This document shows, piece by piece, positions 43,901 to 56,357 of a stretch of DNA of 64,000 nt (within the stretch, counting starts at the first letter, position 1; each line of letters begins with the position of its first letter). Under the pieces are notes generated by a model that saw only the letters and a program-made list of their open reading frames with translations, was not told where the DNA came from and made no database searches. Position numbers and translations under genes: made by a program. This DNA is from the human T2T-CHM13v2.0 reference genome, Homo sapiens. Location: NCBI RefSeq assembly GCF_009914755.1, contig NC_060931.1; one strand, given 5' to 3'.

Positions 43901-45190
43901 ATCTGTCTGAAAGGTCACATATCTGTTTCTCCAGGATTTGTCCCTGGTGCCTTATTTAGTTTATTTGGTAAGGTCATGTTTTCCTGGGTAGTCTTGATAC
44001 TTGCTGATGTTCATCTGTGTCTGGGCATTAAAGAGTTCAGTATTTATTGTTGTCTTTGCAGTCTGGACTTGTTTGTACCCATCCATCTTGGGAAGGCTTT
44101 CCAGGTATTCAAAGGGACTTGGGTGCTGTGATATAAGCTGTATCTTCATTAGGGGGAACCCCAAGCCCAGTAATGCTGTGTTTTTTGTAGTCTCACAGAA
44201 GTACTTCCTTGATGGTCATGGACAAGATCTGGAAGAATTCTCTGGATTACCAGGCAAAGACTTTTGTTCTGTTCCCTTACTTTCCCTCAAAAAAGGGAAT
44301 CTCTCTCCCTCTCTTTCCCTCTATTCTGAGTCTCCTGGAGCAGGAGGTGGAGTGACACAAGCACCCCTGTGGCCACCATGAATATGAATGCACTGGGTCA
44401 GACCTGAAGCCAGCACTGCACTGGGTCTTGCTCAAGATCTGCTGCAACTACTCCCTGGCCACTGCCTTTGTTCGCTCAAAGCCCTGGAGCTCCACAATCA
44501 GCAGGTGACACCAGCCAGGCCTATTGTCCCTCCTTTTATGGGAGTGAGTTCCCCCGGGTCCTGGGCAGGTCCAGAGGTGCCATCTGGGAGGCAGGGACTA
44601 GAGTCAAAAAGCTTAGAAGTGTACTTGGTGTTCCATTGTACTGTGGCTGAGCTGGCACTCAAATCACAAGACACAGTCTTTCCCACTCTTCCTCCTCTTT
44701 CCAAAGGCAGGGGAGCCTCACCTTCTGACCATGACAGGACCACAGGGAGTACTGCCAGGCTAACGCTGATATTTCCTCAAGGTCCAGGAGCTCTTCAGTC
44801 AGCTTGTGGTGAATGTTGCCTGGCCTGGTACTCACTTTTCAGGGCAGTGGGCTCCCCCTCTGGCCCAGGGCAGGTCCAGAAATGCTGTCCAAGAGCCAAG
44901 GCCTTAAATCAGGGTCCTTCAAAAGCCCACTTGGTACTCTATCCCTCATGGCAGACCTGGTACCTATGGTACAAGACAAAATCTTGTATATTTTTCCCTT
45001 CACTTTTCTCAAGCAGGAATCTCTCCCTGTAGCCACCACCGCTAGGAATGTTCTGAGTTTCACCTGAAGCCAGCAAGTCTCAGAGTCTCATGCAAGGCCC
45101 ATGATATACATGATATACATGTTAAATTGGTGGGGTTGTTAGGGGGAAGATCAGTGGAGCCTTCAATTCTGCCAACTTGCTTGACCCAGC
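37910..45190 (-). mobile_element. Long L1MA-type element (3'UTR at left, ORF2, ORF1, 5'UTR-like region at right), inactive
   Basis: ORF track shows L1 ORF2 peptides ([32 protein letters not shown]; DIYRTFH; [14 protein letters not shown]). Confidence 0.88.
41640..42684 (-). mobile_element. 5'-truncated L1PA (~1 kb) nested in the L1MA
   Basis: L1PA 3'UTR ttatactttaagttctggggtacatgtgcagaacg; TSD gtgtgtttctttt at 41627-41639 and 42685-42697. Confidence 0.9.
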
Positions 45191-45465
45191 CTCCTCAACC
45201 AAAAGATACAATTTTGGATGTGTCAAATGTTCCCCCAAAGTGGCCACTGAAATTCCAGGTTGTTCTTTATAAAATTATGCCATTTAGAAGGTTAAGTTCA
45301 TGAAATAAGATTATACTATGAGCACATATAATAAACCAGTCTGTCAGGAAGTGGCGTATATTTATTTTAGACAGATCCATGAGGATTAGGTCTATGGTCA
45401 GTTGGATGTGCCCACTTATGAAACTGTGTTTTGAGCTCTCCAATATAGTTAATTAAAGCTAAGTG

Positions 45466-45758
45466 TTTTTTTTTTTTTTTTTTGAGAGAGGGTCTCACTC
45501 TGTCACCCAGGCTGGAGTGCAGTGGTATAATCTTGGCTCACTGAAACTTCTCCTGGTCTAAAGCAAACCTCTCACTTTAGCCTCCCGAGTAGCTGAGACT
45601 ATAGGTGTGTGCCACTATGCCCAGCTAATTTTTTTTTTTTTAAAGAGATGGGTTTTGCCATGTTGCTGAGGCTGGTCTCAAACTCCTGGACTCAAGTGAT
45701 CCACCTACCTCTGCCTCCCTAAGTGCTGGGATTACAGGCATCATCCATCCTGCCTGGC
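45466..45758 (-). mobile_element. AluJ
   Basis: gagagggtctcactctgtc...ctcctggactcaagtgatcc. Confidence 0.85.
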
Positions 45759-46934
45759 AAGCTAAGAGTTCTCAAGCAAGAGGGAAGGAAAAAGATCCGG
45801 AAGGAGAAACAAGGAGGCGAATGAGGGTGTCTCAGATAATTGAGCAGTTCATACTTTATTCACTATTTGCTTTGTTCTATTGATTTATGAAACAGATTCT
45901 CATACTTGTGCCATAGGAGTTTAATTATTGAGATATAGAGTACATTTTACTGTTTGGCAGGACAGGGCAAACCACCTCCACTACTTACTCTTCATTATTA
46001 ATGTTTTGGCTCTTCTTGTAAATTTATTTTCTTGAATTGTTTTGTTAAACTAAAGAAAATTTCTTGCGATTCTGCTTAGAATGTCATAAAATTGATTGTT
46101 AAATTAGGGATTGGGATGTCGGTAATGTGATACTAAGTTTTCTCCATCTAGGAGCATGGTAGATGCTTTCAATGTGGGTGATAAAAGAAATAATGATTCA
46201 AGTCTTTTTTTATTCCACTCAAGAAAATTTTGTGCTTTTCTTTAGAGAGGCAGAGAAAAATTTCCATATGTTTATAGTTTTGGTTAATGTTATTATTAAA
46301 ATATTTTCCTTATATTTTAAAAGTAATTATTATGGCCTATCAGAACACATTCATTATAGATAACATTTAATCAATAAAATCAATTGGGATTTCCAATCAA
46401 GAGAGTTGGCAGTTCTATTTTATGCAAAATAATGATTGTTATGTTTCGTGCTTTTTTCATGTGTACTTTTTCTTGTCTATTGCATTGGATAGAATTTTCA
46501 GGGCAGTGCTACTTATAAAGATCATAGACACCATCCTTATGTCTTATGTCTAGCATTTCACAGTTGGAATGGATATAGCTAAAAAGTGGTGCAACTGGGG
46601 TTTAAGTCCCTTATATGTCAAAAGCCTATTCTCTTTCCTTTTTGCCGTAATAACTTGCTGTTACTGAGCATAGATAATGGAATTATTTTATTTATATTTT
46701 TAAATTTAAGTGATCCTAATTCTTTTAGGTACAGACACTAATAAAACTTTGCCTTTTAACTCCAGCATTTCCATATTCTTTTGGTTAATTACATAATTAA
46801 TACTTGGATAATGAATTTTATAACTAGCATTGTGGTTATAAGGTAAACATTATGGAATTTTCTGTCTTCAGTTAAAAAAAATGGTCACTTATTTTGTCTT
46901 CTCTAATATATTCTTATTTCTTTCTATTTCATTG

Positions 46935-47640
46935 TTTCATAGTTACCCCCAAAACTTAGTGACTTAAAACAATAATTTATTATTTTTCATGTTTATGTAG
47001 GTTGACTAAGTTCAACTATGTGGTTTTTGTCAGAGACACTCATGCAATTGAAGTTAGATGTTGACTCCACTGGAGTGGATGGTTCACTCATGTGCTAGGC
47101 AGTTGATGCTTACTGTTGACTGGGAGCTCAACTTCAGAGCCTCTGTTGGCTTCCTCATGTGGCTTGAACTTCTCATAGTACTTTAGCTGGGTACTAAGAG
47201 GGAGTATCCCAAAAGTGAACATTCCAAGAGGCAACAGGGGAATCTGCCAGGCCAGTTAAGTGCTATCCATGGAACTGGCATGGAATCCTTTTTGCAGTGT
47301 TTTACTGACCAAAGAAGTTTCAGGGTCCACCTAGATTCAAAGCACTAGAGCTGTGTTTCTCAACCAGGGACAATTTTGATCCTCATTTTTGATTGTCATG
47401 ACTGAGAAGCAAGCTGTGCTACTATTATCTAGTGGTAGAGATCAGGAATCCTGCTAAACATCCTATGATGTGCAGCCCTCCACAACAAAGAATTATCTTG
47501 TCCAAAATGTTAATAGTGCCAAGACTGAGAAACCCAGATTAGAGAGAGAGATTCCACTCTTGTTGTGGGAGTGGCAAGATCACATTGCAGAAGAGCTTGT
47601 GGAATGGGAGGTGTTGTTGTGGCTATTGTTGGAAAATGTA
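46935..47640 (-). mobile_element. MLT1-type LTR with a nested MER20-like DNA transposon (~47350-47537)
   Basis: ccccaaaacttagtgacttaaaacaat MLT1 motif; ttctcaaccagggacaattttg...gactgagaaaccc MER20 motif. Confidence 0.65.
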
Positions 47641-47719
47641 ATCTACGACACATCTCTTCCTCCCTTTTATGTTTTCCATCCTCTTCATGTTTTATTTTCA
47701 ATTTTGATTTTTTAAAATA

Positions 47720-48413
47720 ATTTCAACTTTTATTTTAGATTCAGGGATTCGTGTGCAAGTTTGTTACCTGAGTGTATGGTGTGATGCTGAGGTTTGGGTG
47801 TGATTGATATCATCATCCCAATACTGAACATAGTACTCAATAGTTAGTTTTTCAACCCTTGCCCCCTCCCACCCTACCTCCTCTAGTAATCTCCAGTGTC
47901 AGTTGTTGCCATCCATATGTCCGTGAGTACCCAGTGCTTAGCACCCACTTGTAAGTCACAACATGGGGTATTTTGTTTTCTGTTTCTGCATTAATTTGCT
48001 CAGGATTATGGTGTTCAGCTGCATCCATGTTGCTGTAAAGGATATGACTTTATTCTTTTTTATGGTTGCATAGTATTCCATGGTGAATATGTACCACATT
48101 TCCTTTATCCAATCCACCATTAGTGGACACCAAGATTGATTCCTGTCTTTGCCATTGTGAATAGTGCTGTGAGGCATATATAAGTGAATGTGTCTTTTTC
48201 ATAGAACAATTTATATTCTTTTGGATACATACCCAGTAATCCAGTTGCTTGGTTGAATGGTAGCTCTGTTTTCAGTTCTTTGAGAAATCTCCAAAATGCT
48301 TTACACAGTGGCTAAACTAATTACATTCCCACCAACAGTGTATAAGTGTTCCCTTTTTCCGCAGCCTCACCAGTATGTTGTTATTTGACTTTTTAATAAT
48401 TGCCATTCTAACT
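47720..48413 (-). mobile_element. L1PA/PB 3' end fragment
   Basis: tttcaacttttattttagattcaggg...; ORF WIKEMWYIFTMEYYATIKKN. Confidence 0.85.
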
Positions 48414-49386
48414 TCATGTTTTATTGCTTTGTCTTTGTTTCCCCAAGTGCTGATCTAAAGTTCTGGTTCTACAATAAGCATTTATTTGGTCTGGAGGACT
48501 CCCATACACTCCATATCTCTGAGATGATGCACAGTCTAATATAGGCCATTATGATAGTCTTGTGGTTTGGGAGCCTAGGCGGGGCATTGCCATAGGAATA
48601 TGTGTTTCATAACACTCAATTGGTTTGTTTTTTTGGTCTTTCCAAGGGTGCTATGTTGTTCACACCAGCTACCTCTGTGTTAGCTCCAGAGCTAAAAATG
48701 TGTCCTGGTGCTTTCCTTATTCCTTGAGAACTTTTTTTTTTTCCTTTTTGAGTTGTGTCTTCCTTTTACCAGTGCTTCTGTAGACTAGAATCCACACTTG
48801 GGTCCGTGACTCTGTGAATAGATCTTTCTTCATTGCCACCAGACCCTCACATAAATTGGTTGGATAGAGATCATAGCTCTTTCCTGCAAATTCCCTTCAT
48901 ATCTTCCCTTTATTTCATGGGAATTATTTTCCAGTGATAGCCTGCTCGTATGTTCTGTTTGCCTGAACCTCTTCCCATGACTTAATTCCAAGACCCTTCA
49001 AGATTGCCTACTACAAACTTATGAATCTCCCTAGTTTGGGGCTGATGCTCTAATCTCACTCTCTGTGCAGTAATTTGATCCTCTGGATTAATATCATGGG
49101 GGATTTTATCTAGTAATTTCCAGTGTTTCTCTATAATTAGAATTTTACTCAAATTTGCCACCCTGTTTTTAATAAAGCTCTGAAAATTCCAGTTTTTCAG
49201 ACTTATAAGATAATATTTATCTTAATCAAGAATATTGTGTTTGCTTTCTCACTGGGAACTAACCAGTTTATACATATCTTCTGTCTTTAATACTTGGATA
49301 TTGAGCATCCTTTCCTTACTTAGAGTATGGAACAGCCATGAAGATGGCCACTTGAGTTTTTTTCTGCCTACTCACTAGGAGTCAGT

Positions 49387-49765
49387 GATGTGGTTTGAAT
49401 TTATGTCCCTGCCCAAATCTCATGTTGAATTGTAATCCCCTATGTTGGACGAGGGGTGTGGTGGGAAGTGATTTGATCATGGGGGCAGATTTCCTCCTTG
49501 CTGTTCTTGTGATAGTGAGTTCTCATGAGATCTGGTTGTTTAAAAGTGTGTAGCACCTCCCTCTGCTCTCTCTTCCTGCTTCCCTAGCCATGTAAGACGT
49601 GCCTGCTTCCCCTTTGCCTTCCACCATGATCAAAAATTTCCTGAGGCCTCCCCAGCCATGCTTCCTGTATGGTCTGCAGAACTATGAGTCAATTAAACCT
49701 CTTTTTTTAATAAATGACCCAGTCTCAGGCAGTTCTTTATAGCAATGCAAGAACAGACTAATACA
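49387..49765 (+). mobile_element. MSTA-like solo LTR
   Basis: tgatgtggtttgaatttatgtccctgcccaaatctcatg...gactaataca; TSD gtcag. Confidence 0.88.
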
Positions 49766-50964
49766 GTCAGATATGCATGGATATTTGATTCCATATTCTC
49801 TGAATTTTTTCCCTTCTTAGACATAGTTCCTCCTTCCTTCTGTTGTTTAGATACCATTTGAGTCGATTGTATCCTAAAAATGTTTTGTCAATACTTAACT
49901 ATAAATATTACTTTAATATTGCATAATTTATTTATAAAACTTGATTAGAAACCACATTTTTAAGATATCCTGTTAAAAGTATTTTCTGAACATTAAACAA
50001 GACAGCTATATTTTAAACATTAAATGTTATTTTTCCTAAAAAATGAAGAAACAAAAACCCAAAGGCAGACCCTAGATTTTTTTTTCTGATGTTTTCTGAG
50101 TAGTAAGGGTTTTTGAATCCTCTCTATAACAAAATAAGCAAAAAGATAATATTTATATGGCTAGAAGCCTAGCGGTGAGCTGCCTGAAATTGCATGAATT
50201 CTGTTTTCTAAATAGAGAAATATTTTTTCTCCATAGTTGCCTTTTTATCTGCAATGGCTTTCTTTCATTTTTTGGAAGAAACCATTTTCAGATTTTTCCA
50301 CTTAGTCTTAATTGATTATTTAACTCAGTCATGTATGTTCCCGTGATACATTCTGTCAAATCCTTCCCTTAGCAACCATCACACACTGGGTCAGATAAAT
50401 GTAAATTCTGACAGAACTTAGGCTAATCCACCTCCACTATAGTCTCCCCCCATAATTATTGTTTTCTATTTAACATTAAGTACTTTTAAACCAATATCTT
50501 TAGTAACCTTTAAAAGGTTACACAAATGTATAGCGATTTTCCAAAAGCCCTTCTCCTTTGGCCTCTTATTCTTTTTCAGTAGAGAATTCACTTTAGCCAA
50601 GAGTGTGATGTCACACTGACTAGGATGGGTCTAAGTCAGAAGAGATTAATATCTACGGTTATTTAAAATTTAATATTCAAATGCATTAGAATATTCTAAT
50701 AAGGAGGTGTATGAGAGATACTCATCTTGAAGCTTATCTGATTATTTCTTCAATTTGTTGCTAGATTTTATAATAACTTATAAAATCTGTATCAGGGTTT
50801 AATGATCAGTCCAGCTGAAGTTCTAGACAAGCTGAATTCCTAGATTAAAATTGATGTCCATGAAGTAATTCCAAGACATATAGTTGACAGATAATCTTGA
50901 ATTGAAAATATTTTTACTCTTGGCAGTAATTTTCTGCTGGGATCTATAACCATAGAAATTTCTA

Positions 50965-51312
50965 CATTGATGTTCCTTGACTTGTCCAATGTTCAATAAA
51001 CCCATTGTGAGTTGAAAATATCATAAGTCGAAAACACATTTAATAACCTAACCTATTAAACATCATAACTTAGCCTAGCCTACCTTAAACAAGCTCAGAA
51101 CATTTACATAAGCCTACAATTTGGCAAAATTATTTAACAAAGGTATATTTTATAACAAAGTGTTGAATATCTTGTTGATTGACCAGTATACTGAAAGTGA
51201 GGAATGGAATAGTTGCATTGGTACTGGAAGTACAGCTTTTACCAAATGTATATCACTTTTTCACCATCATAAAATAAATCCAGAGGTGAACCATCTTAAG
51301 TCAGGGACTGTA
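50965..51312. mobile_element. Tigger-family (TcMar) DNA transposon remnant
   Basis: cataacttagcctagcctaccttaaac...agaacatttacat motif; end cttaagtcagggactgta. Confidence 0.7.
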
Positions 51313-52004
51313 TGTATTTTGAAGATGATTAAATTATACTAAATCTATATTGTAAATATTAGTTGCTAAAACTACACAGGTTAAAACCTATTTCCCTGGA
51401 TTATATGATTTTTAGAAATATAAAATGATGTGCTAATAGTTCTATAAGTTATTCTTAGCCTTGATTAATGTTGTAGGCATTTATCTGCAGATTACTTAAG
51501 TTTATCTCTGCTGTTATTAGTCATTGGATAAAGTCCAGGCTATTAACAAACTGGAAAATCTTTGAAAAGGAAGAATAGATTTATTAACCCAACATATGAT
51601 GATTACCTTATTTGGTTTGAAAATTTTTGTTTTGGCTTTTGTCCTTCATTCAAGGTTATTTACCAAAATATATAAGTTGAAATGATCTTGGCAATCACTA
51701 GTTGATATCATAATGCTATCACTCTCATTTATACCTACATTGAGCTTAAGTCTATCACTTTCTGCAATATAGAACTGGAATATTATGGAGTGGTTTCCAG
51801 GAAAACTTTAAATTTAAATAAGAAAATGGAAGATTCACTCTATACAGACTTCAAATAATTTTTCACTAGGGGCTAAAAACTAAAAGCATGTGAGAAACCA
51901 TCAAACTTCTTGTATTATCTAAATAGGTACATTTAACCTTACCTAAAGAAAGGCATAAGTGAAAGTATTCAGGAAACACTTGCATATCTAGAAATGTAGC
52001 CATG

Positions 52005-52350
52005 GAAAGATGTAAGAGAAATGGCATAGGCTTTGGAGTCAGTCACACCAAGGTTAGTATCCCAGCTCTGCCATTTTTATATTTCTAAAAATCATATAAT
52101 CAAGGGAAATAGATTTCTATCCTGCTTAGTTTTAGCAACTAATATCTGCAATATAGATTTGGTATAATTTAATCATCTTCAGAACACATACAGTCCCTGA
52201 CTTAAGACGCCATTTACTAACTATGTAGGCTTGGACAAGTTACTAAATACCTTTTCTTCAGAAACCTCAAGTAAGCGGGGAATATAACTACCTTTGAAGA
52301 ATATAATGCATGTCAAAATGTCTAACACAGTGCCTGATATATAGTAGATA
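52005..52350 (+). mobile_element. MIR interrupted by a templated insertion
   Basis: ggctttggagtcag...cccagctctgccattt [insert] gccatttactaactatgt...ttggacaagttact. Confidence 0.8.
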
Positions 52351-53319
52351 TTAAAAAAATGGTAGCTTATCTTCCTGTATTGTCTTTTAAAACATTTTAA
52401 ATTTTAAGTTTTTATGGGTAGATAGTAGATGTATATATTTATGGTTACATGAAATATTTTGATACAGGCATACAATGCATAATAATTACAACAGGGTAAA
52501 TGCAGTATCCATCATGTCAAGGATTTATCCTTTCTTTGTATTGCAAACATTCCAATTACACTATTTTAGTTATTTTAAAATGTACAATAAGTTATTAACT
52601 GTAATGCTATCCTGTTATGCCATCAAATACTAGATCTTATCCATTCTAACTGTATTTTTGTACCCATTAACCAACTCCATTTTCCCCTTCCCCCCACCTC
52701 CATTAAGTTCATACAAATGAGCAAGGCAGATTTTGTCATGATAATTTCAGGCTCTGATGTATCGACAATATGACCCCAAGGTTCTCTCTAAGATGAGGAA
52801 CTATTCTAAGAAAACAAGGAGAACTGGGTGACCTTACTGGGCCGTATTTAAAGAGCATATTTTTATTTTGGAGTAAACTTGCCTCTCTGTCAAAGGTGGA
52901 ATACAATCTCAAACCCTTTGGGAGGTTGAGGATTGAGATCAGTGAAATAACATCAGTGAAGATCAGCTGACACCTCCCTGAAGAAAAGAGCGCAGTATAA
53001 CCTCAGATGTCGAAGCCAGGAGTGGAGGGAGGAGTAGAGGGCAAGAGATCTTAGGGGAGTAGCCCCCACAGTCAGGCAAAGTATCCTTTCGATGATTCAG
53101 CCTTGAAGCCCATGTTGTTGGTCACTGTGCCTGAAGAACAGCACTCTTAACTGGGGGAAGAAAACAAAATAGAGGAGTTAATTGAATAGTAATTGGTATG
53201 ATTTGCCTTTGCCTAAGTTATAGGCAATTGGGAAAAGAGGAAATATTTCCCATTGCCTGGGACATGATTTCAATGCTTGAAGATTTAATTTCAGCTCAAA
53301 AAAGTTGGTTGTTGTTGTT

Positions 53320-53610
53320 GTTTTTGAGGCAGGGCCTCACTCTGTCACCCAGGCTGGAGTAGAGTGGCGTGATCACGGCTCACTGCGGCCTTGACCTCCT
53401 GGGATCAGGTGATCCTCCAACCTCAGCCTCCTGAGTAGCTGGGACCACAGGCACACACCACCATTTTTACTTTTTTTTTTTTTTTTTTTTGTAGAGATGG
53501 AGTTTTGCCATGTTATCCAGGCTGGTCTCGAACTCCTGAGCTCAAGCAATCCGCCTGCCTCCACCTCCCAAATTGCTGGGATTGGAGGTGTGTGCCACTG
53601 CGCCTAGCCT
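53320..53610 (-). mobile_element. AluJ
   Basis: gcggccttgacctcctggg and ctcctgagctcaagcaatcc. Confidence 0.85.
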
Positions 53611-53984
53611 GTGTTGTTTTTTAAATGGATCTAGCTTTGTTACATTTGGGTCTTGACAAGGTTACCAACTTAAAGGGAGGGTATTGGGCTCTTCTTTTAT
53701 TTCTTTCTGACATTCTTTTGTACCCAAATTTGCATTTCACAGGGTCAGATAACAATGCCAAGTGGCAGGCTATGTATTGAAAAATACCTTTTTTTGGTAA
53801 TGGGAAGAAGTGTATGGGAAGTCTCAAGGAAGCTTAGATACCATTCTAAGTTTAGAGTTCTAAGTTTACAATTCTAAGCCTAGAATTTAGAATTTATTCT
53901 CAGGAAAACTGGGAGCCATTGAAGGTTTTAACATTGCACTATAGAAAGTACTAATAGCTATTTTTGGATATGTGGATTTAAAAG

Positions 53985-54880
<896 letters not shown>

Positions 54881-55029
54881 AACTCATTAAAGTGTAGATT
54901 ATATTTTAAACCATAAGAGTAGAAAATATTACCCAAGGAGAATGTGCAGTTTTTTCTTGAATCTTCACCTGCTGGAAGGTTACTTTACCCATCCTTGTCC
55001 TACATGTCCCAGTCTTTTGGATATCTGGA

Positions 55030-55383
55030 ATTACTCCATCACCTATAACAGAATACTGTAGACTGTGTGAGGCTTATAAACAACAAAAATTTATTTCTCA
55101 CAGTTCTAGAGTCTGCGAAATTCAGGATCAAGGCACCAGTAGATTTGGTGTAAGGTGAAATTCACTTCCTGGTTCATAGACTGCTGTCTCTCGCTGTAAC
55201 CTCACATGGCAAAAGCAGGAGGTGAGCTCTCTGGGCTCTCTTTTATGAGGGCATGAAGCCCATTTGTGAGGGTTCTGCCTTCATGAACTAATCACCTCCC
55301 AAAGGCCCCACCTCTAAATACCATCACTTTGGGGATTAGGTTTCAACTTATGAATTTTGGGGGGACATAAACACTCAGTCTGT
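55030..55383 (-). mobile_element. MST/MLT1A-like MaLR LTR
   Basis: atttatttctcacagttctagag...tttcaacttatgaattttgggggga. Confidence 0.75.
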
Positions 55384-56136
55384 AGTAGTGCTTTACCAAT
55401 TTCTCAAGCATATAGGACTATTTTAGGACCATGGTCTATGGCTAAGCCCAATTTCTGCCCTTCACCTCATCTCAGCCATCTCTGCCTTTCAAGCTCTGCT
55501 ACTGCCTATATCTTCTTTGGATTTACATGACATCTTCACCTTTCACTGGAGCTGCCAAACTCCCTTGTGGACTTGATTTATGATTGTTGACCTTGTTCTG
55601 AAGTTTTGTTTTTTACTTTCTACTCTTCCACTAACTCTCTGTCTGAACATACTGCAATCTATGTAGCACTGAGATGAGGTATGACTTTTCCTCAGAGAGC
55701 TTATCCCAGTACCCAAGATCTTAGCCACAAGTGAGAGCTTCAAGCCCTTTGAGTGGAAAGAGAGGGAGGCAAATAAATAGGAGCCAACATCTTTTATGAT
55801 GCTGTAGACTCCCATATAACACTGAGGCTAATAACAAGGAATTTAGAATCTGACAATTTTGGGTTCCATTTCAGGCTCTGATATCCACCAGCTATGGGCA
55901 ATGTTAAATAACCTCTTTTAGCCTGCATTTTCTCATGTGTAAAGTTGGAACAAAAGATAACCTCAAAGGTTTGTTATGAGCATTAAATGAGATAACGAAT
56001 GTAATCCCGGACAGTGTAGTAAATGTTCATTTCATGAATTTGATCTTAGTTCTTCACACCGTTGTAGGATACAGAGACACAAACAAGAAAACATTGGCTA
56101 CTAGTATGCTACATTCCCAAATTTTCATTTGGAGAT

Positions 56137-56142
56137 TTTATT
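56137..56142 (-). terminator. Candidate PRSS37 polyadenylation signal AATAAA
   Basis: tttatt on +, about 75 nt after the stop codon. Confidence 0.55.
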
Positions 56143-56216
56143 TTGAATAGAGGGAAAATTATCTGCTTGTATAGTCCATGGCAGAGCCAGTGGAATGCAG
56201 AGGGAGAAGTAGGGTC

Positions 56217-56357
56217 TCACTTGTCCTTAGCAGTGTTCTCAATCCAGGATACATATTTGTAAACATTGGTGTAGATGCCGACGTCCCCTCCCATGAAGTG
56301 CCCCACCTCGATTCCCTGGAGCTTGTCTTTGCAGATGACAGTAGCAACGGCCACCTC
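56217..56357 (-). CDS. PRSS37: PRSS37 coding exon 5
   Basis: tag|GAGGTGGCC...GACAAGTGA. Confidence 0.93.
   Translation of the reverse strand, partial: EVAVATVICKDKLQGIEVGHFMGGDVGIYTNVYKYVSWIENTAKDK

Noticed and set aside
44388-45032. 214-aa ORF as a novel gene
   Set aside because: It lies antisense in the GC-richer 5' region of the old L1, with no recognisable domain or gene structure.
38352-48177. ORFs resembling reverse transcriptase or endonuclease
   Set aside because: They are short fragments of dead L1 ORF2; there is no intact ORF.
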